Below, piece after piece: positions 38,401 to 47,775 of a DNA stretch of 64,000 nucleotides (position 1 is its first letter; each line of letters opens with the position of its first letter). Source of the DNA: Andalucia godoyi And28 (Eukaryota > Protista > Jakobida). Under the pieces are notes generated by a model that worked only from the letters and a program-made list of their open reading frames with translations, searched no databases and was not told the DNA's origin. The position numbers and the translations under genes were made by a program. The stretch spans positions 64,549-128,548 of the forward strand of contig VRVR01000051.1 of NCBI GenBank assembly GCA_009859145.1. The letters are read 5' to 3'.

Positions 38401-38604
38401 AAGCAAATCGAGCACAGCTGACGGGATCTTGATCCAAATACATGGCTTTGACTTGCCTCTGAGAGCCAATCCGACAATCACGAGAACACTGAACGCAGCG
38501 AAAAACCACACGGCTACTGCGAAGGGAGACAGAGAAAAGAAGGGGAAGTCGCAGCAACCGACACCAAGCAACAACCAGAAAAACACAATCACAGCAACCA
38601 ACAT
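35449..38604 (-). CDS. Hypothetical protein with N-terminal TM helices and a beta-rich body; possibly a divergent VPS13/ATG2-like lipid-transfer protein
   Basis: Open ORF of about 1050 aa; hydrophobic N-terminus; FYASQF...YLTSLDIALG resembles the VPS13 C-terminal HY..Q...LGSLD.LG. Function call is weak. Confidence 0.6.
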   Translation of the reverse strand: MLVAVIVFFWLLLGVGCCDFPFFSLSPFAVAVWFFAAFSVLVIVGLALRGKSKPCIWIKIPSAVLDLLVDGDGFRRHFFHIPSDSFTSLGLQPRRFDISLDNVWIGFSLTGRICHISIGTANFISSIGVRDGHSVQPSFFSALLLLRQNSLKRQVLASLVVDRGLEMSCDVVRVHTDTLCLEELLRKGTARTEGNTPRFVRSVLLRICNAEFDLHSSDILKQDDQNVLRIRLVNACCLCTSHVSSPLKISDCKIEALHASVEHNHRHVPHFLCLSHGEGSSQRFSLRHAAVNFTSDEFWMGLFDTCEVLHVLSSIVQEFAIMSDWALFRIGSQAPQRDSSSSEDPALVPAPFQILVENGVITNVVHCSDIQVSVAKPNSVSSVISVRLASINATGGDVEAALRHFSLEYLVIRGSRWDSLGWYTVSVACGGLHCSSREGDVLLKLGSYFQHLEGSYAASLFAMCKIADVLVPCVGVATAHQLAKVSEDYALDQRLMLQISILRQPSASLIVLWDAFMEYEAWVVIIESRRLVLSVEGRTISLGDSFHVDRCVWTAACAAELVVTVDGQVRRLRWDVSNGWESVAVLIHDLSADGKAFQLSLNDRSLQVVGSLAVLRPIIPLVASFPWTILVPMRSDVEHVTQGAPTMPSSCWISLRIEVGPSVFAFSAAVLFESVSQYVVTEFQMGIGDLLVVRADRLVISLLSPHDFRVEMQQLKCEVPSSCSTAVSYPVVLETGFVCCRLRFDRRSSSEGEDVTNVVAGFLEAEVQTDAVVHVRLDESALHVLRRSVGLINAEIDSFLLFPSTQSSVSRWPLSGLPGPLTFSFSIEPVDVRLSWYDPSRFFSFRIWSPLLSIYELPVPLLPFTISLSVRSFPDVAVAFQTAVSFYASQFSSVGIRYLTSLDIALGLDRHIMFFHDLYIISSAALPLYRSQGQRHYLDSHSFVLLKLMDRKGSLIPFALHAVRLLAHNCLFSSSCLGSVATRVLFYVYLSAFQHMERQQIEERARRDGWIDLSRPSRLSPDHTSHPFLSACLFLRLVSAHLRRVCRTLDS

Positions 38605-39180
38605 CTCGGAATTCACCCAGCAAGTAAACTACTGCTGTTTGAAGAAGAAGAAGAACAAACAACAATACAACTCTATATGCATATATAGGTGTGTATGTAA
38701 ATACGAGATCCGATCCAAAGCGATTATTGCACGTGCATTTCTAAAAACAAAGGATTACGCTCCCGACATGAAGGATCGCAAGCAGAATGCAGGACCTGGC
38801 AAAACAACAAACGAAACGCATGCACAGTGGCTGACAGCAATTTTTCACAAAAACGCAGACGTAGAAAACACGCGCAGCACCAATAATACTACGCGGGAAA
38901 AGAAAATGGCAAGACTAGGGTTTTCTCGCCTCATTCTCCGGGAAAATTCGGGAATTCGAAAAGGGAAAAAAACACTTTGGAGAAAACCCTAAGAGTGACT
39001 CAACTTGAGAGAGAGGTGATGATCTCGCGCTGGGGCGGTCTGCAGTCCTTCTTTTGTTTTCTATATCTTCTTCTTGATCTTTGTTCTTGTTCTTAAGCTT
39101 TGATACTGGCTCATTTGGTTGTGAGATATTTTTTTGTGCTTGTTTCACGATTGAGCACCCTTTCGCTTGGTTGAGATTAG

Positions 39181-42100
39181 ATGTCGGCTTCGTACACTCG
39201 CGAGCAGATTCTGGCGCTCTTTCGGCCCAACGAAGAGATTCCCAGCGAAATGAAGACTCTCAATTCGGCTGCGGTTTGCTTGGAGACGCAGTTCCCGGTT
39301 GCGTTTTCTGCACGGCCGAATTACGGTGAGCTCCTCAGCTCGTCCAGCTCAAGTACCTCTAGGCCAGATCGTGAGAAAAAGAATGAATGGAGAAGCAGTG
39401 CACCGTCTGCATTTTCTTCTTCTTCTTCTTCTTCTTCTTCTTCTTCTTCTTCGTCTTCTTCTGCTGCTGCTGCTGCCGCTGGCTCTGGCCCTCTCTCTTA
39501 CGGACGTGGTGATCGAAGTTCTCTGTTCGATGGCCGCGAAAGATCGTCTCGCGAGCGTTCTGCAGGGCCTTCCAGCTTTGGCCGAGGAGCCCGAATTGAG
39601 CGTGCGCAACAACCTTCTCACACTAGCACTGGACCGTCGAACGTGTCTGTTCCTACTGGAAATGGGCAGGACCCCGTGGCAGTTCTGGGTGGAAAGCAAT
39701 CGTCTCCATCTGCACCTGTCGCACCTGCTGCACCTGCTCCCGACTCTGCTTTGTCTGGCAATTTGCGGAATGCGTTGAATGTTGGCGAAGATCCGTTGAT
39801 GACTGCAGCAATGGCCCCAGCCTCTGGGACGGTAAATGCTGATGATCGTGTGTGGCTGTACGTTGTCCGAGAAGGAGAAGAATGTGGTCCTGCAACGTTA
39901 ACGGAACTGCGGAGCTGGGTTGATCTCGGTGTTGTGGATGAAAATATGCCTGTTGCGCATGTGGATGAAGATCCAAAGAACTGGATAAAGGCTCGTCTTT
40001 TGCTGGATGGTTTTGGAAGAGTTCCTGCAAAAAGCAGTGGTGATGATGTCTTGGTCGCTGCCCAAGAACCTGTCGTGTCCTCTGTGTCACATCTCCAAAT
40101 GAGCGGTCATGGAGGCCCGAGTGGTTTACAGCACACAGGATATGGTCCTGCCTTTGGTTTTGGACATCCGTCTTCTTACGGGATGCATATGCATCCACAG
40201 CAGCTCAGTCATTTGTCGCACCAGACGCCGCAACAGCAGCCGCCTTTGCTTGCTGGACATCCGCTCTCCATGCAGGCACCCAGTGGTGTGCCGTCCGGAT
40301 TGATGCCGTGGTCGCAAATGCCACATCTGCATCGCCAGTTTCCGCAGCAGCACCATCAACAGCACCATCAACAGCATGCTCCAATGCATGGGCAACATCC
40401 AATGTACATGTATCAACAAGACATGTACATGTCAGGTTTGGGATCCCCAGTGGTCCAATCGCCTCACTTGCTCCAACAACCTCCGATGCAGATGTCCCGA
40501 ATTCCCCAGCCGGTTCCTGAGCGCTTTGCATCCGCCACGACCTCCTCTCCGATTTCTATTCCGTTTTCTTCTGCTTCGTCGGAATCTTCCTTTTTTGGGC
40601 CCCCTCCCACGGCGAACCAGATGGTGGTTCTTGAGGAATTTTCTTCTTCTCAAGTCTTTGACACGGAAGACCTCTCTACAGAGGATTCTGCCCAGTATGC
40701 CTCTGTTTGTGCTGGCCGCAGTGCTTCAGCTTCACATGCGGCGAATGTTTCTACTGAGCCCGTTTCCACGCAACTGTCGGGTTCGGATGCGAGCATCAAA
40801 TCTGCAAAACCAGAAGAGAAGGCTGTTGACAAGTTTGAAAAGAGTGAAAAGAAAGCCGCAAAAGCGGACAGGAAAAGAAAAGAAGAAGTCGCTGTTGTTT
40901 CTTCATCTGGTCTGCCAGTTGCTGCTTTGAAGAGTGCGCCTCAGACAACTCCTGTCCCCCGCGCGTCGACACAGGGAATGCAAGAGAACCCAAAGGACGT
41001 TGTGTCTGTTCCTGCCCCGTCTTCCCACTTTTCCTTGCCAATCACTGTCATTGCTCCTACTATCCGTCCTGAGAAGGATCTGGAGCAGATCATGAAAGAA
41101 CAACAGTCTGACCGTGAAAAGTCGAAGAAGATCGCAAGCGTTGAGTCGGCTACTTCGGCTTCTTCAAAGGATGAACTTTTGGCGAAGAAGTGGTCTGTGG
41201 ACAAGAATGTCTCGCAGTCCAAATCATTCGCAGAAATTCAGGCCGAGGAGGCTCAGAAAACGTCCGCTACTCAGCAACCGCCGTCTTCTGGTTCTTTGAA
41301 AAACGTTCGTGGAAAGTCAAAGAATGCGACGAACGTTACTGCACAGATTTTCTCTGCGCCGGTTGATGAGAAGTCGAAGCCCGTTTGGAGCTCACCTGTT
41401 CCTGCATCAAGCTCCGCTGCGTCGTCATCACGGGTTGAAGGAGATGATTTCTGGGCTTCAGTCGACGAGGCTCCAGAGGCTGCAGTTGAGGCGGAGGTTG
41501 CTGGAGACTTCCCGAGTCTTAATGCGGCGATGCGAGCCCCCAAGCCCACGATCTCTTTCGCCTCTCTAGCACAAGCATTATCAACTGCAGAGAAACGCCC
41601 TGATGGAAAGACGGATCTTCCGAAATCAACGTCGCATGTTGTTTCTGTCACGTCGGTTGCCCCACTTGCGACTTTGACCGCTGTCGGAAACCCTGCTCCT
41701 CCTCGTGTGCCAGTCGCGATGACTTCAGCGCCCGCATCTACTGCTGTCCCTCCAGTTCCTGTTTCTGCTCCTGTCTCTGCTCCTGTCTCTGCGTCAACAA
41801 GCATTCCGCAACCTACGTCCATTCCGGCTCCTGTATCGGCGACTTCTCAGCCAAAGCCATCCCAGCAAGGTAATGCGAAAGGATCTGTTTCTCAGAAGAT
41901 CATCAAATCTGAACTTTCGCAGTGGATTCGTGGGCAGTATAATAAGCTGTACAAGTCGTACGGAAATCAGCTTCCTGCCTTTGACGAAGTCTTCCAGATG
42001 TGCGAGTTTATTGCGTCTTCTGTCGAGGACGCTTCTTCTATGGCCGACTTGATTGTCGATTCTCTTGGTATCGCGGGTTCGCAAACCCGGTCGTTTGCAG

Positions 42101-42273
42101 ACGAGTTCGTTGATCAGATTTTAATGGAGCGGGAAGCAGTTGTTGTGCCTGGAAATGCCAGCGCAGGCGGCGTGGGGAGCGTGGATGTTAAAGGGCTTTC
42201 GAAGTCTGCACGCAAACGTGCTCGCCGAAAGTTTCGCGTCGCTGGTGAAGGCAGCGATGATGACGGGAATTGA
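39181..42273 (+). CDS. GYF-domain protein, GIGYF/Smy2-like
   Basis: N-terminal YTREQILALF; GYF-type WLYVVREGEECGPATLTELRSWVDLG; Q/H-rich tract; KSFAEIQAEE; C-terminal SFADEF. Confidence 0.7.
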   Translation: MSASYTREQILALFRPNEEIPSEMKTLNSAAVCLETQFPVAFSARPNYGELLSSSSSSTSRPDREKKNEWRSSAPSAFSSSSSSSSSSSSSSSSAAAAAAGSGPLSYGRGDRSSLFDGRERSSRERSAGPSSFGRGARIERAQQPSHTSTGPSNVSVPTGNGQDPVAVLGGKQSSPSAPVAPAAPAPDSALSGNLRNALNVGEDPLMTAAMAPASGTVNADDRVWLYVVREGEECGPATLTELRSWVDLGVVDENMPVAHVDEDPKNWIKARLLLDGFGRVPAKSSGDDVLVAAQEPVVSSVSHLQMSGHGGPSGLQHTGYGPAFGFGHPSSYGMHMHPQQLSHLSHQTPQQQPPLLAGHPLSMQAPSGVPSGLMPWSQMPHLHRQFPQQHHQQHHQQHAPMHGQHPMYMYQQDMYMSGLGSPVVQSPHLLQQPPMQMSRIPQPVPERFASATTSSPISIPFSSASSESSFFGPPPTANQMVVLEEFSSSQVFDTEDLSTEDSAQYASVCAGRSASASHAANVSTEPVSTQLSGSDASIKSAKPEEKAVDKFEKSEKKAAKADRKRKEEVAVVSSSGLPVAALKSAPQTTPVPRASTQGMQENPKDVVSVPAPSSHFSLPITVIAPTIRPEKDLEQIMKEQQSDREKSKKIASVESATSASSKDELLAKKWSVDKNVSQSKSFAEIQAEEAQKTSATQQPPSSGSLKNVRGKSKNATNVTAQIFSAPVDEKSKPVWSSPVPASSSAASSSRVEGDDFWASVDEAPEAAVEAEVAGDFPSLNAAMRAPKPTISFASLAQALSTAEKRPDGKTDLPKSTSHVVSVTSVAPLATLTAVGNPAPPRVPVAMTSAPASTAVPPVPVSAPVSAPVSASTSIPQPTSIPAPVSATSQPKPSQQGNAKGSVSQKIIKSELSQWIRGQYNKLYKSYGNQLPAFDEVFQMCEFIASSVEDASSMADLIVDSLGIAGSQTRSFADEFVDQILMEREAVVVPGNASAGGVGSVDVKGLSKSARKRARRKFRVAGEGSDDDGN

Positions 42274-42374
42274 TCAATGCCTCGTTGATGCACATAAAAG
42301 CTTTTCATGTTGCATGTTCTTTTTTTTATTATTTTTTTAATTAGTATAAAATTTGCCTTGATTATTTACACACA

Positions 42375-45300
42375 TCACACACCAGATCTATTTCTTTGGG
42401 GCGACGCAGGAGTGCTTGACTGCTGCGCACGCGCTGCTGCTGCAACGCGGAAAAGGTCGCCCTGCTGCATCCTCCTTTGGACAATATTTTGCAGTCGGCT
42501 TGGAGGAGGTGGAACAGCGCCAGACTCGTCCGCCGACTCTGAACTACTCGTTCCTTGTTGGACAGCGGACACTGATCCCGTAGAAGAAGAGGACGACGTG
42601 CGCTGTGAAGATGGCAAGGACGAACTTGGATTCAAATTAGTTGTAGAGGAGGAGCGTTGCAGAAGCTGTTGTTGAAGCTGTCGAGACTTCTGCATCACTT
42701 GTTCCTCGACGACTCTCTGGCCCTGGGCATTCGATCGAGAGTTCGATGCAGACGTAGAACTGCTATTCGAATTCACCGAATCCGATCGGTTGTTTCCTTC
42801 AGAAAGCATCTGCGCAGCTTCTGCGCGAGCATGAGCTTGTTTCTGTTCAAATTCGAGCTCTCGAATACGATCCTGCATGCCCTGGCGCGCGACTTCGTTC
42901 TGTCGGATCTGCTCTTCAAGGCGCTCCTTGGCATTCTGAAGTTCTTTGAACTTCTCACGAGTTTGCGCTGTTTCCTCTTCAGCAGATCGACGTAAATCTT
43001 CTTCCTTGCGCACAAATTCGTCCGTTTCCTGTCGAAGTTGGTTGAATTGACTGGACAGTTGCTCATGTGCTTCTCTCATTTGCAACACCATATTTTGCAG
43101 TCTCGACACTTCCTTTTTCAGTTTTGACGTCTCATCTGCAACTGCTATGGTTTCTGCATCGATTGCATCTCTCACCCGCTCAACATTCGCAAGTGATCTC
43201 TCGAAAGCTTCGTTCTTTGTCTGCGATACACGAAGCATTTCATCCATTTCCGATTCTAATTCAATAACATATGATTTTGTGACCCGGTTACTCTCTTGCT
43301 CGCTCAGCTGCTGAACACGCACAACGACTCCATCAACTTGCGAATCGAGCATTTCATACTTCTTGTGCAACGACGTGACATTGACTGTCATGGTTTTCAC
43401 AGAAGCACTCACTTCCAATTGCTGATGTGCGCATTGATCATGGTAGTCCTGAATGGCTGCCATCACTTCGTTCACAAGGGATCGCTCCACTTGCACGTAT
43501 TCTGAAGACACGTTCCTGAGTTCCGTCTTCAGATTGTCAACTTCGTTTTCTAAACGAGCAATCTCCTGTGAAAATTCATGGACTACTCTGTCCTGGAATC
43601 GCGTTGCTGCAGCTTTGAGAATCCTTACATCTTCATCAGCTCTTCTACGCTTGTCCTTCTCCGTCTCCACAAGGCGTTGCGACTCCTGATATTGATCTCT
43701 TGTAACATACAGTTCGTCCTCAGCTTTTTTGAGCTCGATTCTCGATGTGGCTTGCACTTCTTCCAGCTTATGAACGAAAACAGTTTCCAAACTGGCACTC
43801 TCAGACTTGAGAGAAAACAGTTGCTCTTCAATTTGGATGAGTTTCTGGGAAACTGAACCAAAACTGTCAACAAGCGCTTGATGCGCATGATGTATGATTT
43901 CTTGCTTACTTTGCAATTGCTCAAGCATTGTAATTGCTCGCAAGCCAAATTCATGAACCCATGACGCATGATCCGCTTGATGACGCTGGACGGCGTCAGC
44001 ACATTCTCTCTCAAGAACGGCGCACTGCTTCAAAAGACTCTGTTCTCGTTCGCGGAAAGTTTTCTCTCTTTGCAGCATTTCCTCGTTCAAGGCATTCAGC
44101 GAACGCTCGAGCTCCTGGGTTCGACCACTCAAGTCTCGCGCAGTATCCGAAGTATCTTCAAATCTTGAGAGAATGCTGCGATTTTCTTCTTCCTGCTTTC
44201 GCAGAGCCTCTCCTAAAGTTCTCCGCTCATTTTCATAATCTCGTAACTTGATGCGTGTCTCATCAAGTGCAACCTTTGACCGAGAAAGCTCGTCTTGAAG
44301 ATCCCGCACCTCTGACTTGAGCTTGACAGAACCCTCTTCCGAGGCAGACAACCTAGCAAAAAGCGACTCATTCCGCTGCAGTGTCTCCTTGGATGAACTG
44401 TGCATGATTGACAGTGTTTGCACGATGTGCGATTCCAGCCAAGAGATCATCCCGGAGACTGGGGCGGCGCCAGAATTCGCTGGAACGCCGGAAGAATGCG
44501 AGAGCGCTTGGATCTCTCGCAACAAGGAATCTTCTTGGCCTTTAAACTGATCCATGCCCTCTGCAACCGAGAAATACGGATTCTGCAGAATTCGTTCCAC
44601 GCACATCATCCCGCGGCACAGCTGCATCACAAAACGTCTGCTTTGCTCGTAGTGCAACACTGTTTGTCGTTGAGTAGCTTCCAGCGCGTCAAATTCTCTT
44701 TTCAGATCGAGATATTCTCGAGAATACCGATTCAATTCTGTTTCCACCTTCTTTTGCTGCGCTTCTGCACGGGATTTCAAGAATACGGTGTCTCCGGCTT
44801 TGGAAGCAACTTCCGACATGTCCTTTTCCAACGCAGCGATGCGAGAATGCGTCCCCAGATCCAACTCCATTGTCCTCGTCTGCAGATCGGCATTGGCACG
44901 CTGCAGGCGGACAACTTCGTTTTGCCAGGCATCCAGCTCCGCACGATACTCTTGAACAAGCACTGCAGACTTCTCGAGAGAAGACACCAGCTTGGCATTA
45001 GAATCCGTGAATGACGATCGCTGCGCGGCAACTAAGTTTTCAATCGTGGGAAACAGCGGATGGAACTCTGCAGATGCTGTGGTGTCCATTGGCACCGCAG
45101 AAGGATGGAAAAGAGAGAATACCTGTGAGATCAACCAATCTTCCTGTTTTCTAATGAGATCAACATAATCTGAAAGCCTGCTTAGCTCGCTCTCCAGTGA
45201 TTCGATGTGCCTTTCTCTGTCTTTCATCTCATTATGTAATTCGGATGTCTTTCTCGACAGCTTCAAAAAGGACTGTTCTGACTCTTCTTTTCGTTTCTGA

Positions 45301-46031
45301 ACAGGAATCATTTTTGCCATTTCTGCATTCTCGGACTCTAGCACCTCGCACCGAGATTTCAGCTTGTCCACGTCCCCCGACAGTCGCGAATTTTCCCCTT
45401 GCGTGACAAGCAACTCCGCGGTTAATTCGTTCTGAATTGACTCTAGCTCACCGATCCTATTCTTCAACCTCTTCATGCTCGCTTCTGCATCATCCATCCT
45501 CCTAGCTGCTTCATGATCTACAATCGGATGGTGCACTGGTGCAACGGGTGAAGCAAGAGGAACGGCATTCACCAGACGATCGTGATAGGACTGCAAATCA
45601 GACTGATGTTCCATCTTGTCCAAACGCTTACGTAGCTGATGCAGCATATCACGAATAAGCAACAATGATTTTTCATTTTCGGTGCGCTTGTCGCCGTTTG
45701 AAACGCCACGATTCTCTTCATCAAGAACATCAACTTCTCGTTCGAGGTCAACAAGCAGCACAGGAATCTCCTTTTGAGGATCGTGAATGGAGAAATAAGA
45801 TTTCAAATCCAATTTTTCATCTTGGTTGAGTTCAAATGACGAGTTCTGCAGTAGGGTTGACTGAGTGCCACTCGAAGACTTTGCCGGGTGCTTCTCCCGA
45901 TCGGAATCTGGAACGGCGAGCAAAGACACGAGAGACGATAGTATAAACAGAATGCGAGAGGACGAAGACTGAATACGATCTCCGTCGCTTTCAGCAAGCA
46001 TTGCTAGGTCAGAAGGCCCCACACCGTTCAT
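42375..46031 (-). CDS. Large coiled-coil protein of unknown function
   Basis: About 1218 aa with E/K/L/R heptad-rich sequence. First ATG at 46031. Confidence 0.8.
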   Translation of the reverse strand: MNGVGPSDLAMLAESDGDRIQSSSSRILFILSSLVSLLAVPDSDREKHPAKSSSGTQSTLLQNSSFELNQDEKLDLKSYFSIHDPQKEIPVLLVDLEREVDVLDEENRGVSNGDKRTENEKSLLLIRDMLHQLRKRLDKMEHQSDLQSYHDRLVNAVPLASPVAPVHHPIVDHEAARRMDDAEASMKRLKNRIGELESIQNELTAELLVTQGENSRLSGDVDKLKSRCEVLESENAEMAKMIPVQKRKEESEQSFLKLSRKTSELHNEMKDRERHIESLESELSRLSDYVDLIRKQEDWLISQVFSLFHPSAVPMDTTASAEFHPLFPTIENLVAAQRSSFTDSNAKLVSSLEKSAVLVQEYRAELDAWQNEVVRLQRANADLQTRTMELDLGTHSRIAALEKDMSEVASKAGDTVFLKSRAEAQQKKVETELNRYSREYLDLKREFDALEATQRQTVLHYEQSRRFVMQLCRGMMCVERILQNPYFSVAEGMDQFKGQEDSLLREIQALSHSSGVPANSGAAPVSGMISWLESHIVQTLSIMHSSSKETLQRNESLFARLSASEEGSVKLKSEVRDLQDELSRSKVALDETRIKLRDYENERRTLGEALRKQEEENRSILSRFEDTSDTARDLSGRTQELERSLNALNEEMLQREKTFREREQSLLKQCAVLERECADAVQRHQADHASWVHEFGLRAITMLEQLQSKQEIIHHAHQALVDSFGSVSQKLIQIEEQLFSLKSESASLETVFVHKLEEVQATSRIELKKAEDELYVTRDQYQESQRLVETEKDKRRRADEDVRILKAAATRFQDRVVHEFSQEIARLENEVDNLKTELRNVSSEYVQVERSLVNEVMAAIQDYHDQCAHQQLEVSASVKTMTVNVTSLHKKYEMLDSQVDGVVVRVQQLSEQESNRVTKSYVIELESEMDEMLRVSQTKNEAFERSLANVERVRDAIDAETIAVADETSKLKKEVSRLQNMVLQMREAHEQLSSQFNQLRQETDEFVRKEEDLRRSAEEETAQTREKFKELQNAKERLEEQIRQNEVARQGMQDRIRELEFEQKQAHARAEAAQMLSEGNNRSDSVNSNSSSTSASNSRSNAQGQRVVEEQVMQKSRQLQQQLLQRSSSTTNLNPSSSLPSSQRTSSSSSTGSVSAVQQGTSSSESADESGAVPPPPSRLQNIVQRRMQQGDLFRVAAAARAQQSSTPASPQRNRSGV

Positions 46032-46380
46032 GGGACGTCGTCGAACACAAAACTGCAACGACAAGAAAAATTGGCTTTTTGAGTTATCTTCAGACGCAAA
46101 TTAACGTACCACCAACCCAGACCACCCTCCTGTCGGTTTTTGATTACTGCAAATTGCAGTGTCGTCGGGTACTCCTAGCATCACATCTCTCTAATACAGT
46201 CCGATGTTGCATCAAGCTGTATCAACAGGCTGGACAAGGCTGGATTGAGGACGCTTTGAGTCACAAAGGTTTTTTTTTTGCGGTCCGGGGTCCGCGTTTC
46301 AAAGCACATCCTGTTTTTTTCCGTTACGCCCCCCGATCGTGCACGTGTGTGTATCGTGGAGCATAACTCGTGGACCGAAA

Positions 46381-47694
46381 ATGCCCAGTGATCCTTTCGT
46401 CTTGGTTGGTGGTTTCTTGAGAAAGCTGACCGATCACCAGCAACCGATTTCACTGGTGTTTCTGCAGATCATTTCCATTACTCGAATTCGAGGAGTATAT
46501 GTTGCAGAGGTTTCCGATTCTGACGTCTCGATTCTGGTGGCCGTTGCCCCAAAGTGGGACAACTGGATTGCTTCGAATCAGCTGCATTCAGGACAAATTA
46601 TTCTTGTTAGCAAACTGTCTCCGAATCCTGGGGAGGATGGGATCCCTGTATTGGTGGATTTTGATGTTGTGCATCCTCGTTGCAACACCATCGGAGAGTA
46701 TTGCAGGAACTTCACAAAAACCATGTACAGCTTGTTGGAGAGTGTGACTAACCCAGCCGCTGCGGAGTCAGCGCCAGGGACACTTCCTGGTCAGCCAAGA
46801 ACACCAGCTGCATCGAGTCGGTGGAAGAGAAACATTCAAGCCGAGGAATCTCCGTTCCTCACTGCCGTCCCGTCGCCGATTCGCGCGCCTCCTCGTGTTC
46901 AAGAAGCCCCGCTACAGAGGCTCGTATTTTCTGACGAACGACTAGCAACACCCGGACCTCGGTTTCATCCCGACGAGCTCGAGAATGTTAAGAGCCCCGA
47001 TCCTGTTGTTTTCCCGAATGCACTAAGTTCGCTTTTGGTTGATTTAAAACAGGAAAAGGACACAAACAACAACAAGATCCGGGATCTTGCTGTCCGTAAT
47101 CAGTCTCTTGAGCATTTAACTGATATTCTGGAACAGTTATCACACGTTGTTACAGTCTGCAAACAAGTTCAATTTGCAAGAGGATGTGAAACATATCTCA
47201 CTTGGCACTCGACGTTCGTCGGCGGCGTCCACGACACAAGAGCAGGTCCTCATTTGAAGTCGGCAAGCGAAAACGTCCTGCCAAGCAAAGCCAAGTTGCG
47301 TTCGATTTCTGTTAACTTTACATCTACTCCAAAGAAGAATATTGGAGGAGCTGTCGGCGGCTCGCAGTCCACATCTCCGATGCAGCCGTCATCTTCTCCC
47401 AAGGTTCTCTTGTCAATACCAATGTCTTCGACAGGATTCTTGACGGAAGACGTTATCTCGCAGAGGAATATGATCCGCTGTGTTGCAGAAGAGTGGTTTG
47501 TAGAATTTTTGCGTTCGGGGTTTCTCCGATACGAAAAACAGCCAATGCCTATTTTCTTGGAGAAAACAAGATGGAACTCGCACATGGATATGACCCACGA
47601 GCTCGTTGCTTGGCTGCGACATTCCGTATGTGGGGAGGCGGAAGATGTCATACGAATGCTCCTTGCAAATCAAGACGCATCCGCCCACTCGTAA
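46381..47694 (+). CDS. DUF936/CORD-like protein (N-terminal OB-fold-like domain and C-terminal helical domain)
   Basis: GGFLRKL...FLQIISI...VSDSDVSILV...DNWIASNQLHSGQIILVSKL...IPVL and C-terminal WFVEFL..GF...WL resemble plant DUF936 proteins as recalled. The CDS is solid; the family call is moderate. Confidence 0.55.
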   Translation: MPSDPFVLVGGFLRKLTDHQQPISLVFLQIISITRIRGVYVAEVSDSDVSILVAVAPKWDNWIASNQLHSGQIILVSKLSPNPGEDGIPVLVDFDVVHPRCNTIGEYCRNFTKTMYSLLESVTNPAAAESAPGTLPGQPRTPAASSRWKRNIQAEESPFLTAVPSPIRAPPRVQEAPLQRLVFSDERLATPGPRFHPDELENVKSPDPVVFPNALSSLLVDLKQEKDTNNNKIRDLAVRNQSLEHLTDILEQLSHVVTVCKQVQFARGCETYLTWHSTFVGGVHDTRAGPHLKSASENVLPSKAKLRSISVNFTSTPKKNIGGAVGGSQSTSPMQPSSSPKVLLSIPMSSTGFLTEDVISQRNMIRCVAEEWFVEFLRSGFLRYEKQPMPIFLEKTRWNSHMDMTHELVAWLRHSVCGEAEDVIRMLLANQDASAHS

Positions 47695-47775
47695 AAATTA
47701 CTACAGCATGGAGGAAGATGAAAGAATCAAAGAATTCCAGGAATAGGCCGTGAAAATAATTTAAAAAGGGGAAAA

